Shown: piece after piece, positions 12,146 to 24,206 of the stretch
Layout of the letters: each line of letters begins with the position of its first letter
Position numbering within the stretch: the first letter of the stretch is position 1
DNA from: Raillietiella orientalis
Taxonomy: Eukaryota
DNA length: 64,000 nt
NCBI GenBank assembly: GCA_036172245.1
Contig: JAYWIR010000005.1
Coordinates: forward strand, 4,154,001-4,218,000
Direction: 5' to 3'
The notes under the pieces: model-generated
What the model was told of the DNA's origin: nothing
Seen by the model: the letters and a program-made list of their open reading frames with translations, nothing else
The model's database searches: none
Position numbers and translations under genes: made by a program

Positions 12146-13844
12146 GACTACTGCAATCAGCTGCCATCCCCTTCTGCTCATCATGAACTGCCCGTTTGGA
12201 GGAACTGCCTTGCCTGCGATGCTCACTCCATCTTGCTACCTGGAACATTTTTTGATCAACCCTCTCTGTTTCCCGCTTCCTTTCTTTCATCGCGCAACCA
12301 CTTTTCAACGACATCCTGTGTGCTGCCACTTTGCTAGGAAACAAATGCACGGCAGTGTCGAAAGGTGTCGAAAGATGAAGAAGAGTCACGCCACATGCAC
12401 CCGCTCGCGATCAGTTGTCGGTGAAGATGAATGATGGAATTAGCTCGAGCGATTAGCCAAGACTGATGATTCCTTTAGCTAGTTACTCACATCATCTCCT
12501 AGGCAATTGTTCAGTTCTCCGTTCATTCTGGAAACAGTTCATCATTTGCTGCCGGAAGAAACTCCTGCCAGGGGAACTGGGAACTGATTTTTAGTTCCTC
12601 CCGCACCCTGGAGCATGCAGCGTCCGCAATCAGTGCAATCCTTGAGTTGATATTCGAGCTGATTTCACAGCAGTTGAATGTTGCTTATTGATGTCTTCGA
12701 TCTACTCATGACATTATACATTTCTCATTCCCTCTTGCTTTCCCCCCCCCTCTTTGCGTAACCTGGCGAGTTCGGTCTGCGCTACAGTCTATCTTCTTCA
12801 CCATCCTTGATTTTTTTTTTTGTGGTAAAGTAGAAAGGCAGACTTCAAAGTTCCAAAAAATCCTCCTCTTCGAAATGTTGTTGTCCCTTCCCTTTGATTT
12901 CGGTCCAATTCAATCCCTGTAAACCCAAATGCGCACAGATTTTCATGTTTGTTAGGTTCCAGATTCTTGAGGATTTGTTTGTTCAACAGAACTCACTCGG
13001 AAGAACGGTGGTCGGAACATCGCATCGAACCCTTGAAAAATTCCTGCCATTGCTATGAAACTTTGGTAGACCTGATGCACAATCTAACCCAAATGGTTGC
13101 GAATGCAAACCGAAGACACCAAACGATCGCAAGCTATTGGCAAGAACACAAATCTGTGATGAACAGAAGTTTGGACCCGCATCAGTTAAGGCTGCCCTGA
13201 AAGACAAGAGCCACTTGGGAAACGAGTGTTCAAGACAAGGAAACAGAAAAGACCGCACCCATCACCTCAGGAAGACTTTGACTTGACACAGATGAAGCTC
13301 CGTACTCAGTTGCTTGAGTGTGTATCATGTTGCTAATGGCACCTGTAACAGTATTTTTTCTGTTGGCAGCAAAATAAGTAGATATGTAAATCTATCGCCA
13401 GAAATGATCTTATGAAGTGCATCCAGTATCCTGCTTTCCAGTTGACTTCCGAGAAGCAATGAGGGTAGTCAGGTGAACATAGCAGACGAATGACGTCTCC
13501 TGTTGAAAAAAATTTTGGAAGACTCCGTAAGGAATCTCTGAAAATGACTCATTCCAGAGGATCGTTCACCATTTAAGAAAGAACACTGCATACTTATTAT
13601 CAGGAGTATGAAACTGTATGCATAAGCTTCACGAAAGGGAAATTGATTCTCTCCTCGCGCTGCGAACTTTCAAAATGCACTGCTAAACTCGAGAGCATCT
13701 TTTGATCCAATCAGCTCAACATTGATTCCTCATGTCTTCGAGCCACTGTTCAACAAAAACAGCACTTTACAAGTGCTAAGATGATACAGTATTACAGTCG
13801 GATATCAGCTTTATCGGATATATTACAGTAGCAATGAACAGAAT

Positions 13845-14002
13845 ATGAGCCCAACAGCTGTTAAGAATCGCTCAAGTGGTACTTCAGATCCATCAAAGTA
13901 GATTCTAAACGAATTGATGAACTCTCGCTTCTCTATCTGTTTAGATGAATACAACGATATTGATTCTCAAATGAATCTGTTAGGTATGTACTCAATGATG
14001 AA
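13845..14002 (+). mobile_element. Degenerate hAT (Buster/ZBED5/GTF2IRD2-like) transposase fragment
   Basis: MSPTAVKNR...*ILNELMNSRFSICLDEYNDIDSQMNLL, then after a frameshift VRYVLNDE. This resembles the LSxxTVxRR...FSxxLDESTD...QLLxxVRYV block around the first catalytic Asp. No terminal inverted repeats seen. Confidence 0.55.
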
Positions 14003-15172
14003 ACGAAACAAACACGAGGCAAGTTCCTGAGACGACTGGAGACGAGGATCGCACGTGTACCGTTCTCAAATTAAGAGTCTAAATGTCGTGCTGTCTCCTT
14101 GCAAAACCACTTTCCATATTGACAACAACAAAGTACACTCTAATTCTAATATGCAATTCGTCACTGCTGCTGCAATCAGGCAATTTTCTCATTTCTCATC
14201 AGCAAGTACTTTGGATGGCAAAGGACACTGTGAAAACGTTTAACAGAATAATGATCATCGTTTTACAGATTTGGCAAGTTTCGTTTTTTTCATTCAATCC
14301 TCCATAGACAGTATGAGAGGTGCTGCATGCGAGAAACTGAGATTTAGCTTAGATTTTGAGTTATGAAAACGGCAAACAGCTTGACCTGAGGCTGTAATTC
14401 AGCAATTTGTGCCACGAGAAGCAGAGATGAGGTCATTTGTTTGTATTTAACCATCAGCAACATGTGACCATAATGCCGAAGGAAAAAAAATGCTTTTTAT
14501 TTCCTCCATAAGGAACGAAAAAAAGATTGGATTAAACTGAAATAAATTTTACATTAATTCGATTACCTAATGGAATTAGATTAGAAGAACTTCGTGCAAC
14601 ACGTTCCTTGGTGTAGAAAAAAGCAGTGGCGTGTGGGACATTCCAGAATACGACAATCACTGCTTAATTTGATGAGCAAGATTTCGAGTTCAGCATAATC
14701 AAAATATTTTGGAACTCAGATTACCAACACCCAAACAACATTGGGAATTTGTTGCATTTGTTAATAGATACACTGAGCAACTGGTTGATTCAGTTCAAGA
14801 TTCCATAGCCGACTGGGAAAATTAAAATAAGTAGTCAAATTCATCATGAATGATGTCATCTGAGCCGAAACGTTTCTCCTAACTGAATATGGATCTACTC
14901 GTAAATACAGATAACTGAATCCTACGAAGGATTCACCTATGTGGGTTCATTCAGTCATGAAAGCCAAATCAAATGTCTTCAGAGAACTGGAATGCATTAA
15001 AAAGAACATAATCGTACCAGTGCTGAATGGAAATTGTTCGGAAGATGCGTTTTAAATTGTTTAGAAATAGAGGATGAAACCCTTATATCTTGTTTATCTA
15101 TCAACATCTATCTATCTACATGTATATATTGATTGATTGAGGATAGTGATATATCTATATCTATATCTTGAA

Positions 15173-15209
15173 AGAGGATAATGATATATATATATATATA
15201 TCATTATCC

Positions 15210-15244
<35 letters not shown>
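15173..15244. repeat. Two abutting perfect (TA)n-centred palindromes
   Basis: 15173-15212 agaggataatga(ta)n tcattatcctct is a perfect 40-bp palindrome. 15211-15244 ctg(ta)14cag is a perfect 34-bp palindrome. Confidence 0.95.
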
Positions 15245-16707
15245 GGTTCAACACATCAGTTATTTTTAATTAACAATTTCTGCTGAGGGAATTATCAGGA
15301 ATCAAATAGAGTAGCTATCTGGTAAAAATCAGTTATACTGTTTTGACATTATTGGGAAACACTGACAGCAATCAGGATTCTTAAGAGCAGGTTGACTTAA
15401 TATAATTCACAATTTCCGGAATGGACCATTTGGAATCTTCAGTGTTGTGTTACATTTTTGCCTGTGTTTGAAGCATGAAAGGTTTGTGCTAGGATGCAAT
15501 ATGAATGTAGAAGTTTTAGGGGCATGCAACTGCAATTCAAAATATCAGATATCAAAGAATGACATATCCCTCTAATGCTCTCTGGTTTGATCTTATTGCT
15601 GTGGTGGTTTCAGCAATAAATTCTTTCCTAAATGAGGTACGATGTCTAGTCTCCCGTTTATATACATATTTTTTGTTTTAGCTTCTTGTTTCAGTAGTCC
15701 CCACAATGTCTTCGACAGTCAATTTCCTTAATCATCCATATGGATGTTCATCTACTATAATGAAGAAATGTTCCACGATTTAATGTAGAACCACCTCATG
15801 CATCTGATATGACAAGTGTTTCATGACAACTTCTCCATGCGAAGCACTTTTTTTCTGATTCCACTGATTCCTGTGCTTTCGGCAGTCAAAGTCCGGGTCA
15901 CCAAAAGCATTATGAGAAAGAGAAGCTACTTATATCGGAAAACAGAAAATTAGAGTGAGATAAGCAAATGAACGTTTGGAAAGTAGTGAATCTGAAAAAA
16001 ATCCATTATTTATTATTGATTTCCAAATTCCATTAAATTATCTTGGCTTTGGAATCCGTCTATTGGTCCCTTCGTATTTCTGCATCATGAATGGTTAAGA
16101 GAAGCTGCATGGAAGGGGTTGCCGTGTTCTTCTCGTCATCACCGATTGCTTTCATGCTGCGACTCTGGCTCCAAGATTCAGGTCCGTTAAGCATCAAAGC
16201 TTTCCATCAAACCCATGAATTTATTCAGCCATTATGTGATGGGTGAATGTAAAATATACCTTTTGTACTTTAATTTTGCTTTGTGCTTTATTGTGAGTTG
16301 CAAACAGTCCAAGATGAAGAGTGATACCTCATCTCAGCTCCCGACACACACCTTTCAGTACTTTGAGTCAATACATGAAGCACTTGCATATGTACTTTTG
16401 CAACTCTTCGACGTACATTCTATTCTTAAGAAGTGCTGCTAAACAAATTTCATGTTCTTCTGGAATAGATGGCTTAAACGTGCAAGAATTATTTGCCTAC
16501 AGCTACCAAATGGTGTGCTCCAGAGATCGTTATTTTTCTTCAGGAAAACGTTGAAGGCACCAAGCAGGACCGATGTCCAAACGATGCCATCTGCAATTAT
16601 GCCCCCGTGGGCAACGAGGCTCATGAGAAGATGAGCCGAACCTCGGTGCGAAGACGTTCCTAAATCTGCCTAGTTGCCTCACAGCATTGGAGTGTCGTTT
16701 CGTCGTG

Positions 16708-16742
<35 letters not shown>

Positions 16743-16781
16743 GTAGCAGCAGCAGCAGCAGCAGACGAAGAAGAAGAAGAA
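16708..16781. repeat. Compound microsatellite (CAT)11-(CAG)n-(GAA)5 upstream of TAX1BP3
   Basis: Read directly from the sequence. Probably in a 5' UTR exon, with a donor GTACGT at 16864 and an acceptor AAG at 16922-16924. Confidence 0.9.
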
Positions 16782-16949
16782 ACCCATCTGCTGAAACACG
16801 GAGAGTGGAACGAAATCTTGACCGCCCCCTCCTCCATTCGTTTCCGAATCCCGCCTGCCAAAAGTACGTAGTTGGAGTGGACTGATGGAAATTGATGGAA
16901 CATGGATTCGTATTTCCAATAAAGCACCTCATTCATGAAGCCAACATTG

Positions 16950-17934
16950 ATGGAAAGAACTGCATTTCAACATCAAGCCGGAACTGCCATCGAATGCCTA
17001 AGCGTATGTCCTTTCTCTTGTCGTTCTTGTTTCTGTGGATTCCACATTTAATGTGGTGAACCCGATTTCACGATATTACACCTGTTTTTTAGATTAGTAG
17101 CATCTGCAACCATAGAACAGAGCATCCTTTATAATACGTTGACATGGTTGCTTATTGTGATGTGGTTTATTTTTCCGTGGAATAATGTATTAAAACTAAA
17201 AGAAGCAGACATCTTTCCATGCATTGTGTTTAAAAATTAAATTTATTTTAAAGATTCCCATCACTTTACATAAGGAAACCAGTTTAGATGAGGAGGGAAG
17301 AGAAGTTCTGAAATGTGGCTTTAAAATTGGTGGTGGCATAGATCAAGACTACTGTAAAAGCCCTCAAGGATATGCTGATAATGTAAATTATTTAGATTAA
17401 TACCTTCCCTCATATGAATACATTTAGTTCTGAAGTTAAAATTAGGGGTATTTGCAATTGAGTCTGACATAGATGATCATTTTGAGTTAATCTGAAACAA
17501 ATTTTTTGTAACTTTAATTTTTTTTTACTCTACCTAAGCTTAATTGAGCCTGTACCAAAAGTGAATGGAAGATTAGGCCCATTTGATTATGATTTCTTGA
17601 ATTAATTTGAATCTTAGTTTGGGTAATCTCAAATTTTAATTAAAACTATATTTTCAGGGCATTTATGTGACAGAAATATTTGATGGAAGCCCTGCTGCCC
17701 GTTGTGGTTTGAGAATTCATGATAAAATCTTACAGGTAATGGTTACATTATTTAGGTTTTACTGTTGCTTTTTTCAATGTAAACACATAAAAGGAAAATA
17801 AAATATGACCTTTTGAATTTTAGTGTAATGGTTATGACTTCACTATGGTGACACATAAAAAGGCAGTGGACTATATTAAAAAGCATCCAGTCTTGAACTT
17901 GTTAGTAGCCAGAAAAGGAGTAACACACTCTTAG
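16950..17934 (+). CDS. TAX1BP3: Tax1-binding protein 3 / TIP-1 single-PDZ protein, 123 aa (128 aa from the in-frame ATG at 16935)
   Basis: Four phase-0 GT-AG exons: 16950-17003 MERTAFQHQAGTAIECLS; 17254-17382 IPITLHKETSLDEEGREVLKCGFKIGGGIDQDYCKSPQGYADN; 17658-17735 GIYVTEIFDGSPAARCGLRIHDKILQ; 17824-17934 CNGYDFTMVTHKKAVDYIKKHPVLNLLVARKGVTHS*. GFxIGGGIDQD and NGxDxTMVTH are TIP-1 signatures. The ORF track missed it because the exons are short. Confidence 0.97.
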
Positions 17935-18431
17935 CTACAAAATTGTTGAAATGTTTACATACATTCCAAAAATAACTAATCCACCTACAGAATGTTAATT
18001 TTTTAATGTCTTTGTGTAAAAGTTGACTTATTTTTGGTTTAGTTTTCTGTTTTGAAAATTTCTGCATCAGAAATGAAGATATGTGAAACTGAAAACTGGA
18101 GAACAAAAATGTCAGCCTCTTTTTTATAAATCTTTATTTCTAATATGCACTTATTCACACCACAAAAGAGTTATCTGATTGTGAATCCCAGATATGAAAG
18201 ACTAAATGCAAATAATGAAAGACCATGGTGGAATTGAGATGTTCTTCTGCTTCTTACAAATAACTTCCTTGCATCATCTTTGTGTTCCGTATCTAATTCA
18301 TATTGAAATTAGGTATCTGCAATGAATCATACTAATCAGTTTACTGTTATGATCAAATTCAAACGGTGTAATTCAATTAATTAGGATTATGAAGTATTGT
18401 ATTTTAAAAAACTAAAGCCTTTTCTAATCAA

Positions 18432-18443
18432 AATAAAAATAAA
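18432..18443 (+). terminator. Tandem polyadenylation signals of TAX1BP3
   Basis: AATAAAAATAAA ~500 nt after the stop, at the end of an AT-rich 3' UTR. Confidence 0.65.
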
Positions 18444-20514
18444 GCATTGAAGAAGTGAAAGTTTGATTTCTTACGGCACATCACGCAGCAGGTATTTACT
18501 GCCAAGAAATTTCTCAAGAGGCGCAAAATGGTTTAGAAAACGAAGCTGATGCCCGTAAGTGTGATGGGAAGACTTCCCCCCCCCCCCCATTCTGGGAGTG
18601 GAGCGTGCCAGCGTCATCCTACTGGACCACGCCCAGCTTCCGTGTCATACGCCCAGAACGCATGATTTGACATGCAAGAGGGAAACGGGCAACCAGCATT
18701 TTTCTAGTCGGGCGAGAGCGCGTCACGCAGGCAGGCGGTAGGGAGCCACGGTTCGGGTTTTTATGGGACAAAACCGGGAAATCGCGAAGGAGTGAGTCAT
18801 CGTGGCGGCGTGCCGTCCTCTGCTAAACTGTTCGGATGAAGCGAAACGCAAAGAGAGCTCCGTCTGGAGGAAAGTTGGGAAGTCGCGGAACCCAAGGGGG
18901 GTTACGAACTGATTGCTGCCATGTTTCCATTTCCTCCCTTTCACCAGGGAATCCAATGCCAAAAGAACTAGTACGCACACACCTGCAATTAGTAATTCAT
19001 TTTACCGGGGTGTTTTTAAACTGCCGTTGGGAACCTTCCCTCCCTCCCCCACCCCCCCGTGCAAGCAACGGAACTACACGAGAATCCGAGTTGAACTTCG
19101 AAAACAGACGTGATTTGAGAAATACGCGTTTCCAGACCAAGAGTATTGCCCAGTTCGGTGGGGTAAAACACGAGCTTCTTTCTCATTCTCCCCATCCGTA
19201 TCCCTCCGTCCTTGCTCTCGCCCCAGGCACGGGTTAACAGGCTGTACTAAGGGAAAGGGTTCAGGCGTGGGTCCTCCTTACCCTACACTTTTACATTTCA
19301 TAGATCAGTGTGATCATAGTTAATCTTTGGATCATTCGAATTCAGTTCTCTGAGATTTGTTTTAAATAATTCAAGGAGTGGGCAGTGGCCCTTCTCTTTT
19401 CGAAATCTTGAAAGAGCTTGTCGACCTTCAAACGAAATAGCAAGAGGGAAAAAGGTTTCAACCTGTAAAAGTTCTACTATTTAAAACCCATGTTTTGAAA
19501 TCTGAATGCGCTGAAACGAAACAGTAAGAAGCACACACACATACATACACATGCACGCTCACTTTCATCCATGTTTGGAAAATACATTTCTCCTAAATTT
19601 TTCTTTCAGAGTCTAAATCGATCTTCCAGTACAATAATAATAATAGACCTCTGACTAGCCCATTTATATGACTTATCCCGCTACTTCCTTCATTTTTCAG
19701 GATAAAGAAAGCTAAAAGTGCCTTTGTCTCGTCTGTCGTTCTTGGATCCCATTTTTTCTCCAGCACAAAACGTGCATTCGAGTGAGAAACCTTGTTATGC
19801 TGTTAAAGAATTCCTTGAAGCAGTGTTCCCAAAGGGATTTTCAGACCGAGGGTTTCAGGCCTTAGCACGTAACAACACTATGGGAGATTTTGGAAGAAAG
19901 TGATAGAAATTCCTTGAAGTTTTTCATTATCCACAGATGAATTTCAAATTATCTGATCTGGAACGGAATAAAAATTACAAGGGGACTCGTGCAGTTTTTG
20001 AACTGGTTTAATTTGCTTTTTTTTTTTTTCTCTTCCTTTTCCGAGTCCTTGAAAAGCATATGACTGAATATGCTGAGTTGTGCGTGGCTATTTCTAGGCC
20101 AGTGTTATAGTCCTTTGGGATACTTTGATTTTTATGATTTTATTATTGGATGCAGTGTTTTAGCACCAACGTGCAATGAAGACCGACACATCGAGACTTG
20201 CAAGACAACTGATTCTGGTATTCACTGAAAAGCGGTCCCTAAAGAATATTGGACTTCGTGTCCACTGGTCTAATACCAGGTTTCTCTTTTGACACTTTTG
20301 TCCATTCTTTGCGACTCATTGGTAAGAAAACTATTATTCGTGACTATGAAGAGAAAAATCCATATAACGAAATGAACTGCTTCGCTGCAACGCTGGTAGG
20401 TGAAGAGATCTGGCAACACTGCCGAATTGTCTATTTCTCTCCAGTCCCATCAGGCATGCCACACATATTTGCATCCGCAAAAACTGGTGATTTCCAGGCT
20501 TTGAGTTGATAAGC

Positions 20515-20597
20515 GTACTCCGCTACTTTTAAGTGACCATTATTACAAGCGTTATGTAAAGGAATATTATCACTGTTATCTTTAGCTTTTAGCTCGT
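20515..20597 (-). pseudogene. Isolated ankyrin-repeat fragment
   Basis: ELKAKDNSDNIPLHNACNNGHLKVAEY fits the ankyrin consensus (D.xGxTPLHxAxxxGHxxVVxxL). Codons are A/T-ending and the flanks are unrelated. Confidence 0.75.
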
Positions 20598-22440
20598 AGC
20601 ATGCAAACGGTGTCATTTCAGCGCTTGAATGACAACAAACCTGGTTTCCCTAGAAGTTGAACTAACAGAAATGCTAAGCAGACCAAACATATGAAGTAAA
20701 GAGTTCATAGTAGTACAGTAAGATCGGGGTCGTCACAGCGAGCATCGTGAAAAGGAGCTCAAATGCACCTCATTCGTGATGAAACTATTCCAATAAGAAA
20801 CTTTCTTAATTATTGTCTGGATATAAGTCGTTGCGGAGATTCACAAAATGGGATACAGATTTGAGAAAAGTCATGTGATATCTCAAGCCTCTTATCTGAA
20901 GATAAGTAACGGTTCGAATAAAAGGAAAATGTGGGATCATTGAATCCCTGGCTGACGTGGCTGAAGAAAGCTCAGAATCCGCTCATAGTGTCTTGAAATA
21001 ATGGAGATGTATTTCCGTGTTCAGCAACGGATGCGTTTCTTCCTTCTCAAATTTTGGAAATCCCTCGTTAATGCTATTGCAGCAGCTGCCCAATAAGAAA
21101 TTCAGACTTTCATTCTCACCCACCCTATCGCTTTATCACCGGAAGGCTAGGCCAATATGGACTGAGATTTAAAGCACTCGAAGTTTGATTGCTTTAAATT
21201 TGGTTTTCGGAACTTATTTTTGCTCATAGCCTTCTTCTGAATAGCATCGCTTCATCCTCTCTCCACGACTCTCCCTTTTGAATGGCTGGAGGAGACTATT
21301 AACGGAGAGCATGCGGGGGTAACCTGAAGATTTAAAGGGCAATTTTTCATTTCGAAAGAGTATTCTGAGTATGCATGCAACAGAGGGTTCTGCTGTAACC
21401 TTCGCGGTGAAAAGAGTGAAGTCATGCAGTTTGCATTTGTTACTTTGTGGACGAGAACAGCACGGCGTTGGGATCCTTTTCCAAGCCTGTAAAGAGTTCA
21501 TCTACAGCCACAATGCCTTTTTTTCTCTCTTCTAAGGGTCTTTCGATCTTGAGGCTTCTCGGCTCATAAGGATCTTAGTGCCGAAGACACACGCTCGTGC
21601 GATGAAGCAATTTCGTGATTTTGCTCATATGAACGAGCGAATTTCGATCTCCTCATCAGGTGAAACATCCCTCGAAGAAGCAGACAATTAAGATGATGAT
21701 CGCTCAACATTCTTCCGTTCAATCACCGAGATTTTTCAGAACTTGACAGAATTTTCGGCTTTTTTCCGATAGCCCGTCACCACCACCAGTCGCTGGAGAG
21801 GTTTCGCTTCGTTCCGTGTTTCCCTGGAGGAGGAATTGAAGGTATCGCCCAGGAATCTCTGGGAAGATCCGATCGGTTCAGCAAGGGGATCAGAGCGCAC
21901 ATCGACTCCCAGACTTGGACTTTCGTTTCAAGCCAGGAAAATTCGAGTTTAAGAAACGTTGGATGGAACAAGATGGGAGTCCCATCGGAATTCAGTCCCC
22001 CACAGGATTCGCGAATCTTCCGGTCCGACCGATCTGACCTCTTAAAGAGGGATGCGCTATCGCATGGACATCAAGGAAAGAACTAGAGCTCAAGGGAAAG
22101 ATCATCTCTCGGGCAACCTCACCGAAAGGTGCCTATTTTCCGTTTCCTTTCTGAACTGTTGTGGGAAGAAATCGGTGGACCCATCCCTTCTCGGAAATCC
22201 GAATGCCCACCTCGCACGTCCTTCGTCTTCCAAAGATTCTACTCAACAGAGATCTGCTCTCTGGACACGATCTCTGAAGCTTCGAGACACCCCAAAACAC
22301 AGATAGAAACGCACATGATGACTTTACTTGATGCAAGAGAGGAACACTGATCTCTGCATTGCGGTACGGGACAGCAACTTCCTGTACAGAAGGAAATATG
22401 GAAAAATGCATCCAGAAATTCCGCTAAAGCAGAACTCTAC

Positions 22441-22481
22441 CTGCCTTGTCCAGCAGGAACTCTGCCTTGTCCAGCAGGAAC
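22441..22481. repeat. 21-bp tandem duplication
   Basis: ctgccttgtccagcaggaac occurs twice with period 21. Confidence 0.9.
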
Positions 22482-24206
22482 ATTTCCCTTATCTTTTTCG
22501 TTTTTTTTTTTTTTGTCGTGGGTGGCGCAGTACACCGAAAGCCTCATCAGATGGTCCGGCTCCCCATTCCTCGTTCTTCCCCAAAGCAGGGAGCACCCAC
22601 ACTGAGATAAGCGAGATAAGGATAAATGCATACCGATCGTCATCAATCGTGCCAAAACCGGAAACAGGAAGAGATGGGTTCTGGGGGCGGAGAACGCTTG
22701 GGTGAACCCGAGGAAACCTCCACAAAGAGCGGGCTCAACAAAGTCGAAGAGCGATCGGCAGATCTGGACGAGAGACAGCGGCACGGGAATGAGAGGAACA
22801 CGAGAGAATGGAGAGACAGGGAGATTCGGGAGATGTCGCCGCGGCTCGGTGAGAATCAGCCGACTGTCCTCAGCGGACGCAGACCCGGCGGGGTACAGCG
22901 CTCCTGATTCCCGGTCGACGGCTGAGGAATCAGGCGCGTCCACGTCCACCTCCGTCCATGAGCACGGGGATCAGGATGGCTCTCCCTCCCCCCCTTCCAC
23001 TTCATCTCTGATCTCCATGGAGGGAAGGAGCAGGAACGCGTACCTCCCAGGAGATCGATGTCCGCCTGCAGCTCACCAAATCAATCCCGGAGAGGGAGGG
23101 GGCGTTCCCAGCCTAGATCTCCATGCGCCACTTCGTGCCGTACGGAAAGTGTCAGGTGTGATGCTCTCCAGGAAGCATCACTTTAAAATAAGCAGACATC
23201 CTGGGCGATTCTCTTGGAGGTGAACTCTGTGGTTTACCCTTTGAGGGAGTGGATTTGCATCCGAGGCATATCTGGGCCCGGACAGGAAGGCGCCAGGTCG
23301 CCTACATGGGGGAGGTACGAGGACTCTTCTGGGAAGGATTCCCGGAACAAGGCACGACCTTCGATTCGCATTAGCAGGCGGCTCAGAGGAGGGATCGCCG
23401 CGCCTCCATCCTGTGAGCACCATTCCTGGTTCACCTGGAGAAATTCTCTGCGAGGAAGGGGTCACAGGCTCAGGAGAGATGGCAGTCGTCACCAATTCCT
23501 TTCTCTTTTCTCTCACTCCCCTTTTTTGTTCCTCTTCCGACCTACCCGACACAGGCAGATCGGGAAGGGATAGACGCCTCGAGGGATTGGAACAAACTTA
23601 TCCGGGAACGGCGGGAAGACTACCTCGCTATTTACGCCCCGTCTCTCCCTGAGCACGATGAGGCTCCGAGGGAACTTACGCATGCGCTCGGGGCCGGGAT
23701 TCTGGGTCCAGTCAAGGGAGGTGAACAAGCCTTTCAAGATTCTTTTTGCCTGGAGGTTTGGTCAGGTCCTCAGGAGCTCCGGGGAAACTTCAGAACGGGA
23801 GGGGAGAAGAGAGCAGGCTGTGATGGTGGTGGGTCGACAGGGGGCAACGCTTGGGACGAACGATGGCCAGATTCACGGATGAGAGCTGAAACGTTGGAAG
23901 AAACAGCCTGCGTGTGAGTAACTGCGGTCCAGGGCTTTCCTTCGCGCGTAGCACCCAGAGCGACCTTCCAGGGTTCGGCGACGGGCTCCAGGTGCTCCGG
24001 TAGGTGATTGCTCGACAGCGCTCTCGCCGCCGCCCTCGCCCGTCGCCAAGAGCCAAGTGGGCCACGCGGCGCCGCGACCCATGAACCTCCCTCGCTCTTC
24101 TGTCACCCCTCAGCATCTCTACTCAAGGGCGAGCCCACACACCACTCTGCCCCGCTTCGGAGAAGGACCGCTGCTTCTTGTGATTTTCGCTCCAGCTTCC
24201 CTCGTC

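Noticed and set aside
19775..19860. VHSSEKPCY...FPKGFSDRG, resembling a C2H2 linker
   Set aside because: No Cys/His ligand pattern; too short and degenerate.
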